64,000 bases of DNA from Tubulanus polymorphus (lineage: Eukaryota; Animalia; Nemertea). Positions 41,030 to 55,486 of the stretch are shown here, in pieces. Where the stretch lies: NCBI RefSeq assembly GCF_964204645.1, contig NC_134026.1:3619950-3683949 (forward strand), written 5' to 3'. Both the position numbers and the translations under genes were made by a program. Under the pieces are notes generated by a model. It was given only the letters and a program-made list of their open reading frames with translations, searched no databases and was not told the DNA's origin. The number at the start of each line of letters is the position of its first letter. Within the stretch, counting starts at the first letter, position 1.

Positions 41030-41176
41030 GATGCCTCCGCATTATCAAACGCAAGAGCTGGTCGAAGGTTTTCTATTTACTTGACAAAAATTTCGAGAAT
41101 AAATTCGTCGAAAATTTCATCGAAAGTTGAATAACATTAGATTCATTGATGATGCCTCGGCATTTATCAAACGCAA
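41030..41176 (+). repeat. Local imperfect direct repeat (about 120-nt spacing)
   Basis: gatgcctccgcattatcaaacgcaa at 41030 and gatgcctcggcatttatcaaacgcaa at 41151. Each is followed shortly by gttttctatt. Confidence 0.6.
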
Positions 41177-43640
41177 TTTCTATGCATGTTTTCTATTGTT
41201 GATGCTAACTTTTTGTTGTGGCCGGATGTGACGCAAAACTCGTTTCCAATTTTTCAAGAGTATCTATCGGAAGCTTTCGTTAGAGTATTACTAATGGATG
41301 GAAAACGCAAGAAGACTATTACGAAATATTATTAAATAAATACATTCTACCGCACGAGTTCGGGCGCATGATTCGCGCGCGCAACCATATCAGATATGCA
41401 AATGAAGAGCAAATCGATTGGAGAAAATTTCCTGCTGACTATTTATGGTTTGATGAGGAATGAATTCGCCGCGCTGCCGCTGACAGACGACTCGGCCAGA
41501 CGACACCATCTGCGACCGAACAACACCGCCATTACACTCGCTCGATACCCACAATACAACGCGATCAGACATTTTTTTTCGTACGAAAGAAAACGTGAAA
41601 AAAAATAAAAACGCTTTTTACGACGCGATGTCACGTCAAGAGACTCCACAAACATGTCCCCGTCCGTTCTGAACACTCGATATAATTGTTGATAGACTTT
41701 TATGAAACTCTATTCCTTTCTAATTCCCCAAATGCCAGAATACGCATATTCCCCATTCGTATTGACAGATTATATTACACATTTAGTATTGCCGCAATTA
41801 GACTAATAGGCATTTATGGATGAAATAGCTACTTTCAACGATTCAAAAATGGAAAAATACGAACAGCTCGCAGGATATGATCATATCTGTCTGAGAAGAA
41901 ATGGAATTGATGATTATGATAATGACGGGTACGTGTTCTGATGACGATTTCACCGAGAGAACGTCTTCCGAAAAGCCAGGTGCAACTCGCGGGCGATACA
42001 ATAGACAGATTTTATCCCGCGCCTCCCTTGATCTGTCCCATCGCATTAAGCATGATAATTCCAGTGTAGTGGAAATGGTTTCATTAAATTTGTTCTCTAT
42101 TCCGCTCGAGTGAATTCAAATTTACGAATCAGCGAAAATTCGACCCTGACAAACACTTGAACGTTTCGAATTAATGAATTAACGACACAGTCAAATCTTT
42201 CGTCAGTTGTCGACGACTATTTCGAAAAATGATCAAACGTATAAAATCGTGAGACGGGGTTTCGATTATTTTCATGGCGTTTTAAGGTGGCTTTTCGTTG
42301 AAATGATCAAACGGATTTTCAATCCTAACTCGTCATCGTTTCCCCCTTTTCGTGGTAACTTCAAGCGTCTGAAGTTGAGCGTTTAACAATTTAAGCCGAT
42401 TACACGTGTGCGGGTATGAAATTTAAACCGTTTCATCGATTTCGCCCGTTTTCCGTTTATTAATGCGAGGATTAATATCATTTACATAAAATTTCAGACG
42501 TTTTTATCAGCGGTAAAACGTCCATGGTCCATAACACGAATGATACGTATATGTTTTGAACTAAACTTTCTAAAAGAAATTACTCCATTATAAATATTCG
42601 TGGTACCAGACATCGATTTTACCGAGACAATTCGAAATCGATTCTCGGCGAATCTAAGAAAGTGCTTCTCGACTGGGAGGTTGATTTCTGTGTCTGTGAA
42701 GATGTTTTGCGCAGTATACGACGGTGACTGCAGTCACCAAAGGCGTGTTTAGAATGTGATAAGGCGATCGGTTTTCCGTTGATTTTTAGGTTTGGTGTCG
42801 TGTCTACGCAAACAATGTGAACGCTTTTAGTGCAGAATTCTTGTCAGCGCGCGGGAACAAGAGGAAGACGCCCTCACAGATCCCCTCGCTGCTTAGACCG
42901 GTAACATGTGCCATCGCATGCAACGAACGAGAATACCCGGGAAATGATAAAAGCATCACCATCAGCTGGGCGGAGGAAAACACAGGACCCTCATTGCCTT
43001 ATCACGCAAGTTTTCGTAAGCAGTACTACGTTAACCCAAGCAGATGGTCCACGCGACGCTTAAAGTGTCTCTTTAAACAGATTGCAAACATGCACACAAA
43101 AACATACAGCAAACTTTGACACAACAGCTCAGAACGCACAGGAAATGTAAAAAGAAAAACGAGTCACTTAATAGGGGATGGCTCCCAGCTTCTAATGGAA
43201 CTTTGAAGATGATGTAAGTGAAACAGCTCCATCATCACGAAACGACGGCGTTCGCACGCTTTTTTTGTGAAAAAGAGCAGATCAATTCACATGAAAAAGC
43301 GACGTAGTGAGTTTCCATAAAACAAACCGTTCTTTTAATGATTTAGCTAATTAATGGTATTGTACCAAACGTTGCCATTAGCGCATTACATTATGATGGC
43401 TCTCAGTATCTCAAAAAGTTTCTAACTCCGATAAAACATGAATTGAGGTAATAGATCAATTTAGTCAATGCAAGAGCTGTTTGTGAAACTGGCCGAGCAG
43501 ATCAAATTATCATCTGGCTTTTTCGAGAACGGGTTGTTTATATCGGTGGTGAAATATATGAAACGTTAGATGTTCCGAATATGAAATATGAAAATTTATA
43601 TGGATATAAAGAGAACGTATTGATAATCAGTAATACTTAC

Positions 43641-43908
43641 AAATCCGTGTTTGTCCGAGATATTGTTGGTCAATTTCAGTTTATGGAATGACACGACTTT
43701 CTGCATCCACTGTTCGCCGGTGCTCGGAGAATCGGGATGGATGTACATTCGTTTTGGCATCTCTGGATCCGCCTTACCGGCCACCATCCATCGACTGTTA
43801 TGAAATTTATATCTGCAGTCGTCCACGGCCACTATGTCCATAAGCAATATATATTTTGCCCTCTTATCCAGGCCGGTGATTTTCGTTTTGAAAGGCGGAA
43901 ACATCCGT
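43641..43908 (-). CDS. Tbx2/3: Tbx2/3 exon 2 (T-box)
   Basis: Acceptor ttttgtccttgcag|A and donor TTT|gtaagt. It reads (R)[89 protein letters not shown]. Confidence 0.98.
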
Positions 43909-46900
43909 CTGCAAGGACAAAAAGAGAGAGAAATTCATCACAAATCACATAAGAGATTCGAAATAATGAGTTTAAGAGGACTCGACTGCTCCCAGTAATA
44001 TTCACTTATCATGTTTACGGTCGCAGAATTCAAACGGCCACCAATAACGGTTTTAGACTATACACCAGAAACAAGACAAAGAGATCAAACAAAATATTAA
44101 AGAATGCGGGCAGATCTAACGGGGTCCATGGAATTTTGCGACCGAGATTTGATATGAAAGTACATATAGTTTACCAACCCACAGATTCCATACAAACAAC
44201 CACCGTTTCGGCTAAAAAGAATGTTTGTCTTGTAAGTAATACTTGAATTGTCGGTTCGTTTTTTGACGGATTTAGTGACAAGAGGGAAATTGTTGTCGAT
44301 TCTATAGTAAACGTTAAGTTTGCACCTCACGGTGTTGCCAGCCCATCCATCATTTCAGTAGGCGCCGTTCTGGCATTACACAGAAATGGATACCACACCG
44401 ATGTGTGATGTGTAATTTAGCGAGCAAATATTTGTTGAGCAGTCTACTACGGGGATAAGCCAATAATGACCATCCAGTGGCGCCATCTTTAAGTTAATAA
44501 GCGCCACCTATTTTTGACCCAAATCGCTTATGCGTGACTTTCGACAAGTATCCAGTGTTTTATGTATATATTCATCGATCCTTTTGTATTTCATTGAAGC
44601 AAAATAGTGTTAATTCTATCCATAATGATGGAACAAAATCCAAAAACATTATGTCCCTACCTATTATATTATGCCTACGTATTCTATAACATGAACCTAA
44701 TATCAGTTGGTTATCGAAATGATCTATGAACGCACGCACTAACGGCTACTTCAAGTTATAAAATGGACATAACAATCCACATTAATTAATCGTATTGGTC
44801 CTAGAAGAGCCCAAATCATAGATAATTGGCGAATGGAATTTTCAAAGGACTGGAGGGCAATGAAATTTGAATTCGAATCCGAAGCGGATGACGTACTACA
44901 CTAGTCGGGTAAATGATATGGAGCAATTATTCGCCATTTTGCATTCGCTTATTGACTGTATTGAATACATCCCAACATGTGTTCAGTCATTAAGATGTAT
45001 CTATATTACATAATTCAATGAGATCAACATTAAATCCATGCAATTATAGTTATCTAACCCGTAATTTCTGACGTTCAAGCCGGGCAATGTTCAATATAAA
45101 CACCGATTATTCGGCATATGCTGGCCATTTGCGCCATCAATTCCCTCACTCATTCTTACAATTTCAGTTTCTTTCATTCCCAAATCGTAAGGGTGAAATT
45201 ATCGAAGGACCCCCTTGGTCTTCATTCTTACTATTAGACAGACTATAGGTCGTTGCTGGGAATCCGATATCAATATATATATATAAAGAATTCAGGGCCC
45301 TGCAGAAATGTATGTACCTTCGAGCCATTTTCGCCTTTAGAACACTAAAAAAGCCGACCCTAAACACCGGACTTGTGTGAATCTATCAATAGCAACGTAA
45401 AGTAGACATTATGATGGCGTTATGGGAATGAAATGGATCGCGTCACTTGCTATTTCCATATTCATTTTCCTATTAATGGCCTGGCGGATGGTTTTCTTTG
45501 TTCTAGTGTTAGAGTTTATTGACAAATCTGTCACTTTTGCATGTCAACCTAACGCGAGTTTAGTTCACGAGCTAGATATAACACGCCAAGACCGAGCATT
45601 TGTGTTTTTATCCTGCGAGTATTAGGTTCGGGTTCAGATATCAACCTACTTGAGCGTCAGTGAACAAGCCCCCTCCTACCCTGATGGTAGCACGATTTGT
45701 CGTCCCCGTCCAGTTACGACTATCCGACTATCAATCTTAAGACCGGAAGTGGAAGCGAAAAACTATAAATTCGATGTATCAGGCGATAATGTTCGATGTT
45801 TCGGTTATGATAAATGGAGACAGTGGAAGAGGCGATCTACACCACGCTCGTATCGAGCACTAAATCGAAGTAAAAGGGTGGTGAAGAGTTGTCGGTAGGT
45901 ATCGACAAGTACCGACACCTCGTCGCTGTGGACCGGCGTTATAAATGATTATTCAATATTTAATGCGCATTTTTTTTCAGAAATCGGTGAGATATTGGCG
46001 TCGTTTCGAGAAACACATAGCGTGAGAGGCTCGGCAATATATCGACCTGATCATCCGCTGTGCTTTGATGCTGAAAACAGCGACATGGACATGTACATCC
46101 GAACACGGATAGGCCTATACTGTTAGAGCCGACATTACTGAGCCACCCACAAGAACCCTGTCCATTTTTAAGAACACTGCAGTACGAACTAATGCGAATG
46201 ATACCTAATACGGAATCAATTATTTATTATAGAATAAACACAAGATCGAAAATTCATTAGCAGTGTGAGTCAACACCATTCGCGGTCCACAAAAAATGAT
46301 CAAACCGGAAACGCGATATGCAGAATGCTCCCGGACAAAACAAAAAAATACAGTCCCATTAGACAACAGTGGTGTGCTAATCCCGCAGCAAATGTTGATA
46401 ATTAATGTCTGGGTACGTTTTTAATAATGTATTTTTCGTGATATTCGCCGAAATTCGCGTTGCCACCGAGCCCAACAAATGATAAATGTTCTTTTCCCCG
46501 ATGACATTTCCAGAATGCGTAAATGTGCACCACTGTTCGATATGAATGGAATCGAGGTTGGTATCGCCGCTATCCGTAGAATCAAAAGAAAACGTACACA
46601 TCGAAAAGTCAGGGGCTTAACATGGCTTCATTGTGGCCGAATAAAGCTAGCGGAGAAAGGACGTGAATGGTGGCTTATTTGAAGAGCGACTGTGTAAACA
46701 GCAAGTCGTGTCCCCCTGGACGGTTGATGACTGTTACACACAGGTGTTTTCTTAATAATTACTTGTTTATACCCGGTGTCGGCCAAGAAACTTGTCACAT
46801 AGTCACGTAACTATACCTCCGTAAAGGTGTCCTATGTACAATACCGGTGAATTTTTGCTTTTGTGTCGGTCTTTTGTATGTGAAATCGACACGGAGGGTT

Positions 46901-48971
46901 TCACTTGACCATTCACATACGCAACACCCGACCGAATCCCGAGTCACGATTTAACGTGATTTCGCATATCCGCGCGCTTTAATTCGCACCCATTAATAAC
47001 TGTATTTGAAAAGTTTAGAATGAACCTTCTTCGCAGGGCAGACACCCACGACCGTATTGAAAAGTTCGGCAATCGTCACCTGCTTCGATAATTGCTTCTA
47101 CTGCGAATGGCCCAATTATAAGAACTCCGTCAAGAATAGGCGTCAAGACAAGAACGCAAAATCTACACTTCTATCAAATTAGACGTAATTGCACAGTTCA
47201 GTTTAAGGCTAAGATTGTTTGACACCTTTTATAGCGGATAGCGACAATAAACAGAACCAGACTAACAGTTCCACATGGCCAACTATCCCCTCGCCACAAA
47301 ATGCAGCCAGCCATTCTAACGCCGTCAACAAGGCGACAACGATCCATTTCCATACGCCTGTAAAGTGCCGGTGTCAGTGCGATGTTTTGTGCCGAAAACC
47401 GAAAATTACGAGTTAGCTAAACGCGTCTTTAGTTTTGCCGCTGTATGGAAGTTCGTTTGCGCACGCCATATCCATTCTTTCCATTGGCAATGTGTCGAAA
47501 ATATAACAGACCCCAGTATTTTCGCTAACGGCTGCTTGGTCTAAAACTGTTTGGCATTGAATGCGGTTTTTCAAGTTGATGAATGAAGGCGACAATTACC
47601 CGGCTGCCATATGAATGAAATAGGTTATTATCAACGCGATGAAGTACACAACCGGGCTGCGTGAGAATTATCATTATTATTGAAGAGCAAAAACGATAAA
47701 ATTGAAGTTATACTGGACTGGAGTTGATTTACACGAAAATGAATTTTGGCTTTTATTACCGTTGAAAATATCATACTGCAGACTCTCTGTCTTTACCCGA
47801 GGAAGCCTTTGCGTGGGAAAATTGAGGGGTGGGGGTAATAAAGTCTACGGCATAATCCGCATACCTGCGCGGCCAAATTAAAGAATAGTTGACTAAAGAA
47901 GTTGAAACGACTTCATCGGGTGAACATATCGTCGGCCACGGTGTATTATTTACTACGATTTTTACACGCGGTTGCAAGCGGAAAACGATCGACTTCGTCG
48001 AGGAAAACCCAACTAATCTAATCCCTCCGACTGACTGCACATTATAGGACCCGAATTCTTAACCGAACAAAAACCGCCTTCCACCGAATTTGCCCCGAAG
48101 AACAGACGAGTAGAGCCTACAATTAGCGGGTCGTTGACGGCCCGACGAATAGGCAGATAAATGACTAACCATGATGGCGGCTGCGTTTTGGACTATTGTT
48201 CAAAACGGGGTGGGGTGTCAACTTATGTGAAATGTATTATGTATAGCTTCAACAAACGATAGTCGCGAGACACCGTCCTGCTGGGCCATACTCAAATAAT
48301 CTAACTATGGCCAAACAATCTTTTAATAGCCCATATTAATACATGCGGTTCCGTGCCTGTTACCTGGCGATTTAGAGGACAGCGACGTGGCCGATTTTTC
48401 ATTTTTGAAAATGCAACCGATCCTTTGAATCGCTGGTTTTTGTTTGATCGTGTCGGCCGTGATAAAAATGCTTTTTTTTCGGCGAGATTTATTTAAAAGA
48501 AAAAACCGCCTGAGTCTGGCGTTATAAATATGAGAAGCGTGTTAACTTTTAGTTTTTGCCACCTCGCATAACGTATATGATGTGCTAAGTAATGTTGTCA
48601 GTTGAGTGTTGAAGTGTTGTATAACGAACAGTTGATCATATATGTGTTTTCGCGAGTAAGCTGGTAAAGAGAACCCGACCGGCGCCGAGTTTCCTAAGCC
48701 GGTAGACGCCAATGGTCTAAAGGTGTTTTTGTGCGTGCACAAAACGAGACCGAAATGAAAAGGCGTCGATTATGAGTAAAATCATGCCTAACCAAACAGA
48801 CAGTCAGAACGTGATAAATATTAACCGATCTTCATATCATCTTTAGTTGGTGAATTATAATGTTGGCTGAACTGACGCCACGTTAAAAACCACAGAATCG
48901 TTTTTAACTCGGGGGCATATTTTTAATAAATAGTCTGCTTGCTACCCGGGAACTCGACAAATACTCATTCT

Positions 48972-48998
48972 CACACACACACACACACACACACACAC
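48972..48998. repeat. (CA)n microsatellite
   Basis: About 13 CA units in Tbx2/3 intron 1. Confidence 0.9.
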
Positions 48999-51900
48999 GC
49001 AAATATACAGACTGTACAATATATAAAAGCGATCCTCGCATAAAACTTAACGAGATGGCAAAATCTGGAGCTCAGGGACTGGCTCTGAAAATTTGGAGGT
49101 AACTGACTATATTCGAGACAGTTTCCAAAGCAATTATAATCAAATCAATCAATGTTGATGTCCCTATCAAAACTAGCAGTTAGAATCATGTAAACTGATA
49201 AATCATCAATCTGATACAATAGCGTATTGGCCTCTTTTAATCTATACGTTTATCCCCTCTCATCGACGTAACTGATAATCGTGTCTCAACTGACAGCGTG
49301 GGCGCTGGGCATGTGAGATATATAGAACCCACGAAACGCTGCACGAATCACCTTATCATATATTCGGTATAGTCGCGGAATCTTTGATCACAACAATTCG
49401 ATTGGTATTTTTCAAAATCTAATTTTCTTCTAGGTGATAATTTCGGAACGATTCCTTTTTTACCAAGTTGGTTTTGTAGACCGAGTGTCCCAAGGGTACA
49501 TGCTAAGCCTAGTGATCATCAAATACCATAGTAACAATAAGCCGAGTCCATGAAAATAGGCCGGCATATCTTGGACAGAACGGTGAAAGGTCAAAGATGT
49601 AAATTGTGACCATCGTGCAAAGAAATAAATCAAATTTAATGTTCGAATGCAGCAGATAAAATGTACAAGTAAAAGCATATATGACCATTTCCTAGGACGG
49701 TAAAATTTCACAACACAAAACCAATGCAAATATACACGTGCACGGATAAGGTATTTTTTTAATAAGGTCTCTCCAATGCACGGTCACACTTCTAATAAAT
49801 AACGCGCTTCTTTTATGAGGGGTGGCTATATTTCCCGAATTGTCATGTTCTGAAACGTGTAAAACGAAGGCAGGTGACGGCAGTAAATTAATCATCGTGT
49901 AACAGGCCACTCCAGAGTGACAATCACTTTTAAATAAAACACATATCATTCACACCAAGCGAGTCGCCTCACTTGGCTCTAAACAATACCCCAGAGAACT
50001 GGTAGCACGAATTCGAATAAATAACTCTATAAATTGTATATATGTATATGTATATATATATTATATATAAGTCATCGCTTCGTGCCTTGTATTTGCGCAA
50101 TTGTGCAGTTCGACAATTGACTTTTTGAACGTACGTGACAACGTAAAAGCGACGCGTTTACGGTAAAATAAACTCTAGTTTTACAACCGACGCGATGGGA
50201 ATAACTGTTGGGATGTTCACACCAGCGTGCTAACCGGAGACACGTTGCGCAATCTTACTGTTCGGGTTACCGGTGTAGCTGACAGTTTGTTTGCGAATTG
50301 AAGGTGTGTTGTTTTATAAATATCGACGATGACAAAGATGAGGCGAGTTTTCGCCGGCGTATTACGTGATTTTTGCCGAAGAATGCTCACTCGCACACTC
50401 GAAATGTTTACTCGAAAAGTCAACGACCAAAGACCGGAAAGCGCGTACGTATTTATAGTCTGAGCAACCGCCGCTCTATCAAAAGACCCTAATCAGATTT
50501 TTGTCGTATGAATTGGTTTCGATTCTAATAATGCTAAAAACAAATAGTTCCGCCGTGAAGTTAACTACTAAAACCGACCGCGCGCACAAGTTCTTTGGCG
50601 GCTAAACTCACGCTTGATATGTAAAAATTCTAAACTTTCTTGCGAGAATTTTATTTGCAGGGAGTTTAAGATGGTCGTTTGATGTTGAGTTCGAAAAGAG
50701 TTTTCTCTTTGACAAAATTTTTACTCGCAGCTTGACTTTTCACATTGTGCTTTAACAATCGAGCTCACCGAACAAAGCGACGCATACCCGTATATAATAT
50801 ACCAAGGGACGAGCAATTCCATTTTTCAAATCCTGTCAAAACGTGCGACAAAATGAGGTATTTTGTCCTTAAAACTCAAAGAGCGGCAATTAATCTTGTT
50901 CACATGATTATCACATACACTTTATTGTCATAAAAATAGACACCCGTCATATCATTATAGGGGCCCACACTCAACTTACGTCATATCTAAAGAATTTTTA
51001 TTTCTTTTATTACTTTTCTGATTATGATAGTTATATTTGATGTGCAAATTAAAACCTGATGGTGGATACTGAAGTGATACCAGACACATTTGACACACAG
51101 GTGAACGTCATCACATCGCAGGAACGATACAAAAGAAATAGATATATCAAATAGGGTTTGGCTGGACCTATATACGGGTGAACGAACGAACGTCACTTTT
51201 ATCGAGTACTAATGTGGCGCTAAGTATTATATCACATATGTGCGCCGGTATTAGAAATCCTCGCTAAGATCCCAGGCGAAGGAAGGAAGGCGCGGGTGTC
51301 GCAGCTTCACTGGTAAAATGTGCGATGTTTCTAAAACGAACGTAATTTTCTAACACATTTCACAGCATTGATGTATGCGACTGTATTATCTATGACCAGC
51401 TGGTACCAGTGTAAGCATGCCCGACTGTCGATCTTCATTGTCACAGAAAGAGACAAGCGACGCCAGAGTGAAGGAACGTGTCATCGATAGGGGGCGATAC
51501 CGGCGATGCTTTCACTAAGCTTCCGAGGTGTTTTTATCCTTATTTCCATGTAACTCTATCAATGCATATCATATTAATTTCAAGATATATACGGTTCGTG
51601 CTATGTGCCAGAACATGAGAAATATCACACACGAATACAATGCGAAACTTCTTTTTCAAAAACGCGCTTTTCATAAATAGTTTAATCGTAAATCAATGAA
51701 AGCCTGTTCGCGTTTGAGTATATCTCCTCCTTGTTCAACGACGACAAAAGTTTCCAAACGATTTCATATGAAATCGGGCTGTTTAAAGAAGAATGAAATT
51801 TTCGTTTTATACCGCCATCTCTTTCGTCGTCGTTTATTCTAATATGAAACGCATCGCCGCCAGAAGTCGTGAGATTTTCTACAGCCGAAACTCGTCGAGG

Positions 51901-54701
51901 CCTTAAAAGTTTAACGCGCAAAAATACTTGAAATAAAGACTTGAAAGGGAATTTCACGCGCGCAATCGCCATAAAACGAAACCCGCTAAATCTTCTACGG
52001 CAATTTCTGAAATTCAAAGTTCGCTTTGTTCCCGGGTTTTGCCGCGTACAGGAATCAAAACGTTTGAAAATTCCGAAAATCGCTCGATGACCCACGAAAT
52101 ATTGACAAGTTATTGTGAGAAATAGAAAAAGTGGTCGGTTAGGAAAAACTCGTCAAACATTGAGCATTGTTTTCCGCCAGAGTTCGATACGAGGTGCAAC
52201 TTAACTATACGTATATACATTATAAGATATAGTATAATAGCTGTTACTATATATTGGGCAGCATATGTCGATATTAGAACCGCGTCCAGCCCTCATCGTC
52301 CCATAAAATTATCAAACCGGAACGCGCTTTGATCGAAGTACAGATGTTGAGTGTATAAAGATTGCACCAGTGTTAATGATTGTGAAAATGTATGAAATAA
52401 CGGAAAACATGAACGCAATCTGGGTCCGATGCTGTTAGCTCACTCGGCCACGTACTACTGTGATTAGCTTGAATTGTGTCATTTCTATTGGATTTTTATG
52501 AGAGATGCCACTATTCGTACTAACACAATATAATATAATAAGTCCAGAAAAAAACGATCTGCTCTTGTAGTAAATCAAGATATAATGGAGCGAGGTTTCG
52601 GCTAGATGATTAGATGATGCCTGATGATGGCTATTAGAATGTAGCCGAACATTGCTCGAAAATGTATACATTCAATACAATAACTTTTCATCTTTTCTGG
52701 ACTTAGTGTTATTTCCTATTCATCTTACACGAAAATTGTGGATCTTCCCGACCTATACCGCTAAATCATAACATCGTAGACAATGTATATCATGTTGCTA
52801 GGCAAATTGACCAGTACTTAAGCTGTAAAACTCGTCCGGAGTTTACCACACCCAGGAAACCTCCGCATTACGCATCAGACCAAGAAACTGCGGCGCCAAA
52901 CGGACATACTAATCCGATAGACGGACCCTAATCCAACTTTCAAACCGTGTATCGTTTATCTCATCAACATAGTTCTACTGGTAATCCGCAATAATCTCCG
53001 AATAATCCGATATAGATGTCGATACCGAATGAATGAAATGTTTACATTTAGCGACTGTTTACTGTGGGGTTTTACCGCTTGTTTTCTATGGCTTGTTATA
53101 TTGCATCTTCGAATTTATTAATTTATTTTCGAGCGGCGCTTTTTATTCGAAAACGAGCATGTGGCATCGCGGAAAAAAAACCGTGCACATATATAGAACT
53201 ATAATTAAGTTGGCGGAAGTATCCGACGAACAAGACCGAACTTATCAACATATCTGGGGCCAAATAATCGCGGGGTATGTGAATTTCACGACGGACACGC
53301 CACCGAAAATTAGCCGTTTGACTATAAACGCTAGCAGAGCCAGTGAACAGCGTGTCGCGGTTATTTTCTGTGTATAATTAGGGAAAGCTCAGTATTATTG
53401 ACGCCGAAGCTCAGATTAACCGATGTGGTTTATGTCACTAGAATTGGAGTCTGGCGGTGCTTTGTCTGCTCGCGATTATAAGTACTGTTGTATATACACA
53501 GCCGATGTGTAATAATAAATTAAGGTCAAAATTACTGTTTAATTTTATAGATAAATTAGGCCCGTGACTAAACGGTCACTTTCGCTAATAATGGTGACTA
53601 TATACGAGCTATTAATTCTTCAGTATCTGTCGAACATCTCCATTTATTGTGTCATTAAATATACGATACAGTCGAATTTTCCGCGCGATTGTTACATATT
53701 CTTTCCGAACGTGTTTATATCATTTTAGCTTGATTTACGTTTATATCTGCGAGCGCGGCTATTAAGAGATTCTGGATCGCGAAGGCTTACATCACCGGTG
53801 AAAACATTTCAAACGATCGCTATAATTCCCGATATCATGATACTGATTTAATTTCTCAGATCATTTCTCATGAAATAAGAAGAGAAAATTTCGTATAAGA
53901 TGTAGACCTAATTTTCCCTCGAATCGCTCAAACCCTGAGAATTATTTCGAGATTTTTATTGGTTCGGATCAATGGTCGGTCAAATTGGCTCCGCGTTGAC
54001 GGTCCGGCCGAGATAACTTTGATAATACATTTGATAATTTTGTATTATGTGAATAAACGCGTAATTTTACAAGGCGATTGCTGCTTTTGTGTGTAATTAT
54101 GAGAAGCCAGACGCTGACTATATTTACTCAAGCTTGTTCGATGCCACTGGTGATAATAATATAAAAGATAACCACATTACAAAACATGGCGTTCGCAATA
54201 TCGTTTTTGTTTATGGCCGAAAGACAAAATTAAAACCGAATATTTTTATGCAAGTCGTTTATAGAATACGAATTCAGATATTACTTATCAAATAGTATTG
54301 AAAAATATCAAGTTAAATCGTCGACGACCCGTTTGTCATATCACTATCAATTACAGACTTCTAGCGACCGCAATGCTATCAATGCAAACAATCTACAACT
54401 AACGACTTAAAGTATTCCTAAGCTGGTTTCCTAAGCTCTGAAATCAGCGGGCTTATGTTTGGCGGCCCTTTGATATTCGAAAATATATCACTTGTAAATA
54501 CACGTGCTTATGAATTAAAGTATAGCGGATTAGATATGAACGAGTCGTCTTAAGTACCCGAATTCTTCACGCTATTCATCCCCCGAGATAAGCCGAATCG
54601 CGACCATCATCTCCGTTATAAACCGGGCGCGAGTTCGGATAAACATGCTTATTAGCTGAAATACGAGTCAATTGAGTCATAACCGATATGATTAGACCTA
54701 C

Positions 54702-55039
54702 CTGCCGGATTTCGTGATAACCATCTCCGTTCCGAGGGAATGGAATTGCTCCCAAAGATCTTTGCCGTCCAGTTCGACTTTCGGGTCGTCGTGAACATCG
54801 CTGTCGGAACAGTCCAAGGTCCGCAGAGGCCGCAAATGTTGCCCGAGAACGTCACCGTGCGAAAGAGGTGTCCTGGATACTGTCTGTTGCAGTTTAGGCA
54901 AGATTGATGCTGGTAGTCCATGATGGGGCAGCGAAACCCCTGGCAAATAATGTGGATGTGTCAGCAAGGAATGTACGCTATAATCCGAATGCCTTGGTAG
55001 AAAGAACGGATTAAATGCCATATCCGTTTCCAGTCTCAT
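54702..55039 (-). CDS. Tbx2/3: Tbx2/3 coding exon 1 (N-terminus and start of T-box)
   Basis: It reads MRLETDMAFNPF (cf. vertebrate MAYHPF)...DDPKVELDGKDLWEQFHSLGTEMVITKSG(R), with donor AG|gtaggt. An in-frame TAG lies 33 nt upstream of the ATG. An alternative start is the ATG at 55021. Confidence 0.96.
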
Positions 55040-55174
55040 CTGTACAATGTGGTATGGTAAACACCAATGCTACTGTCCTTGTGTAGTATCTCTGTGGTAT
55101 ATGTCACCCGTAACTATTGTGTTGCTGTACGTCGTTTAGCTTTTCGTGCGGATAGCTTCGCGAACAACGCCGAT

Positions 55175-55204
55175 GATTGGCTGATCTGAAAGCTCGAGCC
55201 AATC
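55175..55204. promoter_or_regulatory. Candidate Tbx2/3 proximal promoter: two oppositely oriented CCAAT (NF-Y) boxes
   Basis: gattggctg (CAGCCAATC on the minus strand, 55175-55183) and gagccaatc (55196-55204), about 140-165 nt upstream of the ATG. Both have good NF-Y flanks. Confidence 0.55.
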
Positions 55205-55486
55205 CGGGTGTTAAAGGGGCGTTCGATTCACGGCTCAATAGGGGACGTCGTTAACCGTTCGGCGGCGAATCGTTCGCTTTTATTGTCAATACGTGTCCGT
55301 GTGTCAAAGAACTATAACACCATGTATATCAACGCCATCTCTCGACAAACCTTTTCTTATTCTAGTTTTTATACCCGCGTACACGAAGCGTCTAGTTTAT
55401 ATGCCCTAATCTTCTCGAATCGGCCGAGTTTTCGGGGTTTTTAAAAGTGTAGTCTGCGAATTTCCACCGTTTCGAAAATCACGCCC

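Larger units (their letters stand above)
24807..55039 (-). other. Tbx2/3: Tbx2/3 (optomotor-blind-like) gene span, start to stop: 6 coding exons, 715 aa
   Basis: Spliced CDS 338+268+147+77+191+1127 = 2148 nt. Introns are 10793, 12223, 2055, 2016 and 998 nt, all GT-AG, with phases 2,0,0,2,1. The T-box carries Tbx2/3-type motifs ([28 protein letters not shown]). Confidence 0.96.

Noticed and set aside
43596-43640. ORF extension [14 protein letters not shown] after DKHGF, at the position of the mammalian TBX3 +2a insert
   Set aside because: This is read-through of a consensus GTAAGT donor that ends in a stop. I could not identify a +2a-like alternative exon.
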